The notes below the pieces were generated by a model. That model saw only the letters and a program-made list of their open reading frames with translations, was not told the DNA's origin and did no database searches. Of a DNA stretch of 40,191 nt, positions 1-8,273 are shown piece after piece. Source of the stretch: an uncultured Ignavibacteriales bacterium. GTDB lineage: Bacteria; Zixibacteria; MSB-5A5; GN15; FEB-12. The DNA lies in contig CAZHDS010000001.1 in NCBI GenBank assembly GCA_964531495.1, positions 24,823 through 65,013 on the forward strand. The letters run 5' to 3'. The stretch's first letter is position 1, and every line of letters starts with the position of its first letter. The position numbers and the translations under genes are program-made.

Positions 1-1348
1 GCTTACTCAAGAGGGCATTGATGAAGGCCAGACCGCGGCCCTTGCCGCCTAACGAGCCACCACCGATTCGTACGAATTCACTCTGCAAATCGAATTGCCG
101 CCGAGAAAAATCGCTGACAATTCCGAGTTGTTTCTCGTGACGAAAACGCTTGAAAGTTTCGATTAGATATTGCCGGAGGGAGTCGCCACCCTTGAACTCT
201 GACACTCGGCGGGGACGCAGCTTGGATGCGAGGTCGAATTCAGTCCGAGCCCTGAGCCAATTGGAGAAGTGGTTTCGTTTGGCGTGATAGAGAATCGATC
301 GTTCATCGACCGTCTCCAATACCTTTTCCATCGAGCGAAAATCCTTGGCCGTGGCTACCACCGAGCTATCGGGCAAAGTAAAAACAAAATCGCCGAAGCC
401 GAAGTGAGCCCGGATGAACTGCCTGATATCATGGTGCAGGGTGGGGGAGCGTTTGTGAATGAAGCCGACGTCATTCTCGAAGGCGATTGTGGCGTTTTCG
501 AGATCGGACGACTCCATCAGGATAGGCAGATCGGGGAATTCTCGTCGTACTTCCTGGACTAACTTCAGGCCAGCTCCGCTATCCTTCTTCCCGTCTTTGG
601 GGAATCGAAAATCGGAGATCAGGGCCAGGGCATACTTGTCGTAACGGCGGAAGAGGTCCAGGCCTTTCTCGAATGTCGTGGCCATGAGAATCTTCGGCCT
701 CGCCCGCATTCGTGAGATTTTGTCCGTGACATTCAGGCTGTCGGCCATCAGGGCGCGGGTCTGACTCATAATCTCGGAATAGAGCATCGGCAAGAAGGAA
801 GAGTAGAACTTGATGCTATCCTCGACCACAATGATCACGCGAACACCGACTAGTTTGGTGTCATCATTGACGTTGAGTTGGTCCTCCACTAACTTGATAA
901 TGGCCAGCATGACACGTACATCGCCGGTCCACACGAACACGTAATCGAGGGCGTCTGAAAAACCCTCGACCTGCATCAAGGCCGCCTCGCGTTGGTGATA
1001 GGCGAGGAAGACAATGGGCAGATCGCCCCGCATGGCCTTAACCTGGCGTCCAAATCCTAGAACGTCTATGTCTGAGACGCGCTTGAAGATCACGACCAGA
1101 TCGATGTCGTGCTTTTTGAGAATCTCCAGTGCCTCGGCGGCATTGGTAGCTCTCCGGACGTGCGGCGTAACGGTAAGGTTCAGCTCCAGATATTCGTTAT
1201 AGATCAGCTCGGTGAGCTGGCCGTCCTCTTCCAGGACATACGAGTCGTAGGCGCTGGATACAAGCAGAACGTGCTTCACCTTGAATTGCATCAGGGAGTC
1301 GAATTTGGTGAATTTTGATTGGTATTGTTCCAGCTTGATGTCCGCCAT
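1..1348 (-). CDS. PEP/pyruvate-binding enzyme (PEP synthase / PPDK N-terminal type) with receiver-like N-terminal domains. Partial: the C-terminus lies beyond base 1.
   Basis: This ORF is not in the track because it has no stop inside the window. A minus-strand ATG at 1348-1346 opens a stop-free frame down to base 2 (449 codons): MADIKLEQYQSKFTKFDSLMQFKVKHVLLVSSAYDSYVLEEDGQL... It contains two CheY-like alpha/beta stretches (KHVLLVSS..., VRVIIVVEDS...LISDFRFPKDG). It then reads ...EFVRIGGGSLGGKGRGLAFIN, the Gly-rich entry of the PPDK_N/PEP-synthase nucleotide-binding domain. Confidence 0.7.
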   Translation of the reverse strand, partial: MADIKLEQYQSKFTKFDSLMQFKVKHVLLVSSAYDSYVLEEDGQLTELIYNEYLELNLTVTPHVRRATNAAEALEILKKHDIDLVVIFKRVSDIDVLGFGRQVKAMRGDLPIVFLAYHQREAALMQVEGFSDALDYVFVWTGDVRVMLAIIKLVEDQLNVNDDTKLVGVRVIIVVEDSIKFYSSFLPMLYSEIMSQTRALMADSLNVTDKISRMRARPKILMATTFEKGLDLFRRYDKYALALISDFRFPKDGKKDSGAGLKLVQEVRREFPDLPILMESSDLENATIAFENDVGFIHKRSPTLHHDIRQFIRAHFGFGDFVFTLPDSSVVATAKDFRSMEKVLETVDERSILYHAKRNHFSNWLRARTEFDLASKLRPRRVSEFKGGDSLRQYLIETFKRFRHEKQLGIVSDFSRRQFDLQSEFVRIGGGSLGGKGRGLAFINALLSK

Positions 1349-1385
1349 CGTTTAGAAAGTAGAGTCGCCGAGTCCTTGGACAGGC

Positions 1386-1413
1386 AATATATGGCGGAGC
1401 CTTGGATAGTCAA
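1386..1413 (-). promoter_or_regulatory. sigma70-type promoter of the 1..1348 gene
   Basis: The minus strand reads TTGACT (1413-1408), a 16-nt spacer, then TATATT (1391-1386). The -10 element lies about 40 nt upstream of the ATG at 1348. Confidence 0.45.
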
Positions 1414-1415
1414 CG

Positions 1416-1445
1416 AAAAAGGCGGAGCAGCTAAGCCGCTCCGCC
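1416..1445 (-). terminator. Rho-independent terminator of gdhA
   Basis: The minus strand reads GGCGGAGC-GGCTTAGCT-GCTCCGCC (8-bp GC-rich stem) followed by TTTTT (1420-1416). The hairpin starts about 26 nt after the gdhA stop. Confidence 0.7.
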
Positions 1446-1471
1446 TTTGATAGCGTATTAGAAGGGGGCGA

Positions 1472-2824
<1,353 letters not shown>

Positions 2825-2879
2825 TTAAAGCGTGGTATGTTAATCAGTTAGCGTTTATTGTTAATCTCCTCGCAAGTTA

Positions 2880-2895
2880 CGTGAAACATTTCACA
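2880..2895 (-). promoter_or_regulatory. CRP/FNR-family-like palindromic operator overlapping the predicted gdhA transcription start
   Basis: The minus strand reads TGTGA-AATGTT-TCACG, against the CRP-type consensus TGTGA-N6-TCACA. It lies 10-25 nt downstream of the -10 box. Confidence 0.3.
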
Positions 2896-2904
2896 TAGTC
2901 AGCG

Positions 2905-2933
2905 TATATACTATCCCTGACGAGCCTTGTCAA
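2905..2933 (-). promoter_or_regulatory. sigma70-type promoter of gdhA
   Basis: The minus strand reads TTGACA (2933-2928), a 17-nt spacer, then TATATA (2910-2905). An A7 tract (UP-element-like) precedes it at 2947-2953. Confidence 0.55.
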
Positions 2934-3103
2934 GGCGTTTTCGCCCAGTTTTTTTAAATCTCCCATGTTTTCTTTCGGGGGGGCGCTAGTTGACGGAATC
3001 CCGTGTCTGATGGGCACTTTGCCGGCCAGAGAGAGAGTCTGTTTCGCCTTGGGATTTGGCTCCCGCGACCGATCTGGTCAGAACTGCTGACGGCGTGACA
3101 ATC

Positions 3104-3307
3104 ACACAAAAAAAGACAGCTTGGTGGCCTACCCCTTCCGAGTGATAGTTGCTATGCGGGGAGACCCACTTAGAGAGTCGCCCACGCCTACGGGCCTGTT
3201 GAAAAAACCCTGACAACCGGAGCATGGTTCGACTCCGCTCACCATGGCCATCTGTAAGCTACTGTCTTTCAAGTCAGCCTGAGCGGAGTCGAAGGGGCTT
3301 GAAAGAC
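3104..3307 (-). other. Densely structured non-coding segment (3'-UTR element or small RNA), unclassified
   Basis: A perfect 14-bp inverted repeat (3228-3241 / 3280-3293) is interleaved with a perfect 10-bp inverted repeat (3264-3273 / 3298-3307). A long-range helix (3112-3129 / 3246-3269) is followed on the minus strand by a U7 run. The only ORFs here are short and low-quality (2986..3225, 3129..3311). Confidence 0.3.
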
Positions 3308-3332
3308 ACATGAGACCTTTTTCAACATGCCC

Positions 3333-5951
3333 CTACCTCAGAATCGCCAGCTTGCCGATCTGGGTGGGACGGCCGGGCGATCCGACTGTCCAATAGTACA
3401 GTCCCGTAACCACCAGTTGATGGTTGCGCGTGATAAGATCCCATGTGGCATGATTGCCTGGCCCGTCGGAGAGGCCTGGTGCGTGGTTGATCTGACGAAC
3501 TAAGTCGCCGTCCAGGGAGTGTATCCGTATCGTACACTGGGGCGGAATATTGGCAAAGTGCACCGTCTGCATCCGAAACCCCGGCAAGTCTGGCCGATCT
3601 CTCCCTTCAAAACCCCGATCGCGATAGTTGCCATCAATCAGGTACGGATTCGGATAGACGTAGGCTCGGTCATCGCTACCGTCGGCAATCATCTCAGATC
3701 CAGCCGGGTAAGCGGTAATGATGCCGTTGGTGCGCGAAGTCTCCTGAACATCCAGACCAGAACTCGGCGAGCCGAAATCAAAGGCCGTCACGTTGACGCT
3801 GTAGGGCACTGACGAAAGCAGCTCCTCAAACACGAACTCATACTCAAAGAACTTGTAGTGACCCTCTTCGGTGTAGTCGTGGTCGGTAAGTTGTTCCGGC
3901 GACACTGTGCGCGGGTCGCGGGCCTCGGGATAGAGCTTTCTGATGCGAGTGGTCTGGCCCGGCTCGCTGGCATTGTAGTCGTGGGTTGTGAAGTACATCA
4001 CCGAGTCCGGGAAGTTGGGATGGGCAAACCAATGATTGCGATCGTAATCAAGAGGATCAAAGTCATCATCGTTACAGGGATCGTCGCTGCGGCCATAAAG
4101 ACATCGTAGCTGATCCAACGTATATGGCACATCGAGCAACTCCCAGCCGGGGTTGGGTGCTCTTTCCATGTTCCAGACGTACCGGTCAAAGTTCTCGCGG
4201 TCATACGATTCAACCATCGATAGACTGGCGTGTCGCTCGTCGCGGCCGAGGTAGATGCGATATCCCTCGAAGTCGACCAGGTGCGAAAAGATATCCTTCT
4301 CGGTTTCGGAGCGTTCGCCATTAAACCGTACCCGCAGGCCGTGGTCGATCGGCTCGACGTAGATATAGGGGGCCGGAGGGGGACCGGCTCCGCGCCAGTC
4401 GGGGACACCATCACCGCGGTACCAGGTGGTGTCGGCGACCGTCATCACCCAGCCCGAGTCGGTTTCAATCGAATCATAACCACAGACCCGGTAATCGCCG
4501 AAGAAGCCGTCGCCGTCGGTATCGACGCCGGGATTGTCGTAGATCCACTCGGCCCAGAGGGCGTTTCTGTCCAAGTCGGAGAAGTCGACGTTGGCCATCC
4601 AGAGATCTGGGCGGTAAGGCAAGTTGTCGCCGTTGGTCGGATCGTTGTGGAAATTCTCGCCGCAGATGACCGCAAAGGCAATGCTGACGTCTTCGCCCGG
4701 TTCGACGTGCCTGAAGGCACCGTAAGAGAGCAGATAGGAGTCCCAAGGAGCCGTGGCGTACTCCGCAGCCATGTCCGAGCGGGGTGCCTGCCAGAGGGTA
4801 TCTGAGGGCGAGAGGTAGGCCATTTCCACCTTCGGCGGATCGAACTCATGGTTACGCATGATGTGATACAGCATGCGATCTCCCCTTGGAGTCCCGCCGC
4901 CGGAATGCTCAAAGCTGCGCGTATCGCTCTTGTGTCGTGGTCCCCAGTACCACTCTGGAATGGGGTGGCTGAGCCACCAGTTGTAGGACAGATCGAGATA
5001 CGGCGAGGGTGGCTGCAGAATGCGCACGGCTGTTGCCGCGCGATGTGACCCCTCCCAACCGACGTCGGGCCACTGCAGGCGTCGGGCTGGCTCCACCCAC
5101 CCGCCGTCAATCGGATCTCCATCGTTGTCGGCCGCCCAAGCCAGGTTAAGGGTATCCTCGTAGCCACAACCGAGCCGCGAAGGCGCAGTGCGACGAAATC
5201 CGACCTCATTGTCCCCACTCACGCCGCCAGCGAAAAACAAGGCCATGTACGTGTCGTTCCAAGTCTTCTGTCCGAAGTTTCGCAATTGGATATCAGAAAG
5301 GACAAAATCCTCAGCGTACTCGTACGACCAGGCGTACGAACTCTGGGTGACCTCGATAAACATCGGTATGTGGGGGCGATGGTCCAGGTAGTCATAACTG
5401 GGCATATACGCGTTGTTCAGCGTGTCGGTGTAGGTACAGATGAAGTCTTGCTCGGATACCGCTAACGTCGATAGGGCCGGATCAGGATCGTTGATCGACC
5501 GTTCCACGAAGTCGCCGAAGGGGGAAATGTCGGGCGAAAACTCCAATCCGAGATCCCCCCAACCGTTATTGCCCGTCGATACCAGGGTATCACGACCGAC
5601 AACCGCTCCAATCCATAGTGAGAGAATTTCCCCGTAGTCCAGTCGGGAGTCTTTCGGGTACTCGCAGAGTCCAAAAATATACTCACCGGTAACGCAGTCG
5701 TATTCAGAAAAGCCGGCCCCCACCGGCATCCCAGTATTGCCCACGCACAGTGCAACCTTGCCCACATCATGAACTCTGCCGCAATAGGCCGGAAGATCGT
5801 CCACGACGACCCGGGCATACGACGATACTCCGAACGGAATCAGAGATACCGCACCTAGTACCACCAGAAGCCCGAATCTCTTCAAGTACGGTATCGGCGT
5901 CCAGCGGCGATCTGATCGCTTGGAACACCCCTGCCGTTGTCTTCTTCTCAT
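3333..5951 (-). CDS. Large secreted protein of unknown function with a T9SS-type (Por / FlgD-Ig-like) C-terminal sorting domain
   Basis: I place the start at ATG 5951, which has GGAG about 10 nt upstream. The GTG at 5969 used by the track would add 6 aa. The N-terminus has a basic stretch followed by a hydrophobic helix, FGLLVVLGAVSLIPFGVSSYA. The last ~80 aa (...VHFANIPPQCTIRIHSLDGDLVRQINH...ATWDLITRNHQLVVTGLYYWTV...GKLAILR) follow the T9SS C-terminal-domain beta-sandwich pattern. Confidence 0.8.
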   Translation of the reverse strand: MRRRQRQGCSKRSDRRWTPIPYLKRFGLLVVLGAVSLIPFGVSSYARVVVDDLPAYCGRVHDVGKVALCVGNTGMPVGAGFSEYDCVTGEYIFGLCEYPKDSRLDYGEILSLWIGAVVGRDTLVSTGNNGWGDLGLEFSPDISPFGDFVERSINDPDPALSTLAVSEQDFICTYTDTLNNAYMPSYDYLDHRPHIPMFIEVTQSSYAWSYEYAEDFVLSDIQLRNFGQKTWNDTYMALFFAGGVSGDNEVGFRRTAPSRLGCGYEDTLNLAWAADNDGDPIDGGWVEPARRLQWPDVGWEGSHRAATAVRILQPPSPYLDLSYNWWLSHPIPEWYWGPRHKSDTRSFEHSGGGTPRGDRMLYHIMRNHEFDPPKVEMAYLSPSDTLWQAPRSDMAAEYATAPWDSYLLSYGAFRHVEPGEDVSIAFAVICGENFHNDPTNGDNLPYRPDLWMANVDFSDLDRNALWAEWIYDNPGVDTDGDGFFGDYRVCGYDSIETDSGWVMTVADTTWYRGDGVPDWRGAGPPPAPYIYVEPIDHGLRVRFNGERSETEKDIFSHLVDFEGYRIYLGRDERHASLSMVESYDRENFDRYVWNMERAPNPGWELLDVPYTLDQLRCLYGRSDDPCNDDDFDPLDYDRNHWFAHPNFPDSVMYFTTHDYNASEPGQTTRIRKLYPEARDPRTVSPEQLTDHDYTEEGHYKFFEYEFVFEELLSSVPYSVNVTAFDFGSPSSGLDVQETSRTNGIITAYPAGSEMIADGSDDRAYVYPNPYLIDGNYRDRGFEGRDRPDLPGFRMQTVHFANIPPQCTIRIHSLDGDLVRQINHAPGLSDGPGNHATWDLITRNHQLVVTGLYYWTVGSPGRPTQIGKLAILR

Positions 5952-6257
5952 ATTGTTGTCTCTCCCCACAATTCACCTCCGCCTGATGGGTAGGTCAGTC
6001 ATCCTGACATCCGAGGGCATTGGAATCGTCAGGACCACAAGGGTCCTGAACTACAGGGCTTCGCTCACCATGATCGATGAACAGTCGATGATATAGTCAG
6101 TAATAGCCCCAGACATGCCCTACGCCCCTTGTGCGTGTAGAATCTATAGTACTTTACACACGCTTGTGCCGTCTGTCAAGCTGATTCCCCCGCCGCTCTT
6201 GGACGGATGCTCGGCTCGGTGACCCACGCCTCCGGGGAGGGGGACAGAACCGCACAC

Positions 6258-6286
6258 AAAAAAAGACCGGCCTACAGGGCCGGTCT
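6258..6286 (-). terminator. Rho-independent terminator of the HesB-like gene
   Basis: The minus strand reads AGACCGGCC-CTGTA-GGCCGGTCT followed by TTTTTTT. The hairpin starts 22 nt after the stop at 6309. Confidence 0.75.
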
Positions 6287-6308
6287 ATGAAAAACAAAAT
6301 GAGATCGA

Positions 6309-6629
6309 TCAACCGCAGCCGTCACAACCCCCTGACGAACAATCCGGGTCACCAACCTTGATCGTATATCCGGAGCCCTGCGGGCCGTTCACGTAGTCTA
6401 TGTTGATATCGCCGAGCGATTTGATGCTCTCGGCTACTCGCGGGTCGATATAAGCCTCGATACCATTAGACTCTAACTTCTGCATTTCCTCTGTTGACTC
6501 ATCCAGAGCCATTCCCATAGTGGGACCACTTCAGCCAGCCCCCTGGTAGTAAAGGATCAGCTTCTTGTCTTTGTGCTCAGGAGCGGCCAATACCTTGGAT
6601 AACTCCGTACTTGCTGTGTCTGTGACCAT
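6309..6629 (-). CDS. HesB/IscA-like A-type Fe-S carrier, candidate selenoprotein (in-frame TGA at 6531-6533 read as Sec)
   Basis: The track lists only 6309..6518. The same frame continues upstream through one TGA to the ATG at 6629. This gives MVTDTASTELSKVLAAPEHKDKKLILYYQGAG-U-SGPTMGMALDES...DPDCSSGGCDGCG (106 aa). The TGA occupies the position of the invariant Cys in the GGGCSG ligand loop of IscA/HesB proteins. An AAAGG Shine-Dalgarno-like site lies 11 nt before the ATG at 6629. Confidence 0.55.
6489..6530 (-). promoter_or_regulatory. Candidate SECIS hairpins immediately 3' of the in-frame UGA
   Basis: On the mRNA, UCCCA-CUA-UGGGA (6525-6513) starts 5 nt after the UGA. CUCUG-N10-CAGAG (6508-6489) starts 22 nt after it. 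Neither hairpin has been tested by folding. Confidence 0.3.
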
Positions 6630-6896
6630 GAACATATTGTCCGCCTTTCTGATTGTCTCTTCAAAATCTTGGAACGCAATTAAGGCCGAATTGATTCAAA
6701 TCAAAGGCATTTTTCGCCAATATTCTTGTTTTCGGACGAAACGCGAGTCTCGCCAGCCCCAATATGGCCGAATCGTTTCGGGATTATTAAAAGCTTGCCC
6801 GACAAGGCTCAAGGTAGCATTTTCGGATGTCTCTAAGGCGGAAGTCCGGTCGGTCGACATAGTACGTATGGACATGAATCTAAACAGGCAGAAGCT

Positions 6897-8225
6897 ATGA
6901 CCCTCAAAGTCGTTTTTTACGAAGATGATAGAGTCGACCAATTCCATCCCCTGTCTTACTTGCGTCCGGTTTACGCCTTACGAGCCGGAATCGTTCCGCT
7001 GGTGGAACGAGTGCGGCGGCACTTCGACAACATCGAGATTGCTCTAACGGCTCGGGACCAGATTGCCCCCATGGTGACGGAGGCCTTTCCCAACTACCCC
7101 GTCAATATCCTGAAGAAACCTGAAGGTGACGTTCTATTTCTGAACGGGCGTATACGCGACTACGGTGATCTTCCAGGTCTGGTGAAGGGTGCTCGGGTGA
7201 GCACGATCTTCCGCCAGGGCGACGAGACGGTAGCGCTCTATCTCGATCGCGTCGAGCTTGAGAAGGTTCCCAGTATCGGAACTCAGACGGTGTATCAGGA
7301 GTTGTTCGATCGCCGTTGTAGCCACCTGGCCCCGGCGAAGACTAGCGCCACGTTGTATGACTACTGCTGGGAGATTATGGCCGATATTGAGCCTGAGATT
7401 GAAGCCGACTTTGAGCAGCTACGTCCAAATGTCCTGACAGCGAGCGGTGAGGCGGTACCGGCCGGTGTCCATTTGATCCGACCGGAACGCATCCACGTGG
7501 GCCAAGGTACCATGGTGTGTGCTGGGGCCGTTTTGGATGCCAGCGAGGGACCGATCTTCATTGGTGCCAATTGTAAAATCGATGCTCAGGCGGCCATTTA
7601 CGGTCCTTGTTTTGTCGGTGATGACTCCATGGTCGTGGCCGGAAAGATTGCTGGCAGCTCGATCGGCGAAACCTGTCGGGTTGGGGGAGAGGTTGAGGAG
7701 TCCGTTTTTCACAGCTTCGTCAACAAGTACCACGCCGGATTTATCGGGCACTCTTACGTGGGGCCCTGGGTCAATTTTGGTGCCATGACGACCAACTCCG
7801 ATCTGAAGAACAATTACTCTCAGATTCGCGTTAGCTTGAATGGCGAAGCCATTGACACTGGTTCGATCAAAGTCGGGTCGTTCATAGGTGACCATACCAA
7901 GTTCGGCATCGGGACGCTTCTGAATACCGGCATAAACATTGGTCTGTGCTGCAATGTTTTTGGTGGTACTTTGGTAGCCGATAAAGAAGTGCCCTCCTTC
8001 CGGTGGGGCGGCCCCGACGGTTGGGCCGAATATCAGATTGACAAGGCGATCGAAACGACACGCCGGTCTATGGAGCGCCGCCAGCAACTGCTGTCAGACT
8101 TTCAGGAGTCGGCGCTGCGCGAGATCGCTCGGGGAGAGATTAAGAACGAAGGAGTCCTGGCCTTTCACATGAAGGGCCATGCCACACCTGAAAATGCCAT
8201 CACGATTGAGGGCTCGGAGAGCTAA
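6897..8225 (+). CDS. Sugar-nucleotidyltransferase-like protein with a left-handed beta-helix C-terminal half and a degenerate N-terminal NTP-transferase motif
   Basis: A 442-aa ORF. The N-terminus MTLKVVFYEDDRVDQFHPLSYLRPVYALRAGI resembles the 'LLPLTxxRPVxxLRxG' variant of the fold, which lacks the GxGTRL loop. Residues ~190-380 are imperfect hexapeptide repeats (IGANCKIDAQAAIYGPCFVGDDSMVVAGKIAGSSIGETCRVGGEVEES...). Confidence 0.8.
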   Translation: MTLKVVFYEDDRVDQFHPLSYLRPVYALRAGIVPLVERVRRHFDNIEIALTARDQIAPMVTEAFPNYPVNILKKPEGDVLFLNGRIRDYGDLPGLVKGARVSTIFRQGDETVALYLDRVELEKVPSIGTQTVYQELFDRRCSHLAPAKTSATLYDYCWEIMADIEPEIEADFEQLRPNVLTASGEAVPAGVHLIRPERIHVGQGTMVCAGAVLDASEGPIFIGANCKIDAQAAIYGPCFVGDDSMVVAGKIAGSSIGETCRVGGEVEESVFHSFVNKYHAGFIGHSYVGPWVNFGAMTTNSDLKNNYSQIRVSLNGEAIDTGSIKVGSFIGDHTKFGIGTLLNTGINIGLCCNVFGGTLVADKEVPSFRWGGPDGWAEYQIDKAIETTRRSMERRQQLLSDFQESALREIARGEIKNEGVLAFHMKGHATPENAITIEGSES

Positions 8226-8273
8226 TCGGCTCACTTCCCCTTGGTAGTAAAATGTCGCAAGATCCTGGAGCAC

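Noticed and set aside
2978-3250. A possible tmRNA or tRNA-like gene. The plus strand starts GGGGGCGCTAGTTGACGGAATCCC (like a tmRNA 5' end). It later contains GGTTCGACTCC...CACCA (like a T-loop plus CCA).
   Set aside because: The putative 3' end (…CTCCGCTCACCA) cannot pair with the GGGGGCG 5' end. Only 8 nt separate the T-loop-like GGTTCGA from ACCA, whereas about 14 are needed for a T stem plus acceptor stem. The T stem itself forms only 3 bp. No Ala-rich tag ORF ending in AA-stop is present in any frame. I also saw no RNase P (GGAAAGTCCGG), SRP (GGAAGCAGCC) or B12-box signatures. The region is kept only as unclassified structured RNA.
2986-3311. Short minus-strand ORFs in the track (2986..3225, 79 aa, and 3129..3311, 60 aa).
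   Set aside because: They have no SD, are Arg/Ser-rich and of low complexity, overlap the strong inverted repeats, and have no recognisable family. They are probably non-coding.
3998-5218. Long alternative-frame and antisense ORFs inside the 878-aa gene (e.g. 4445..5218, 257 aa; 4230..4805, 191 aa; 3998..4414).
   Set aside because: They lie wholly inside a longer ORF that has a signal peptide and a recognisable C-terminal domain. Their Arg/Ser/Thr/Pro-rich compositions are typical of out-of-frame shadows.
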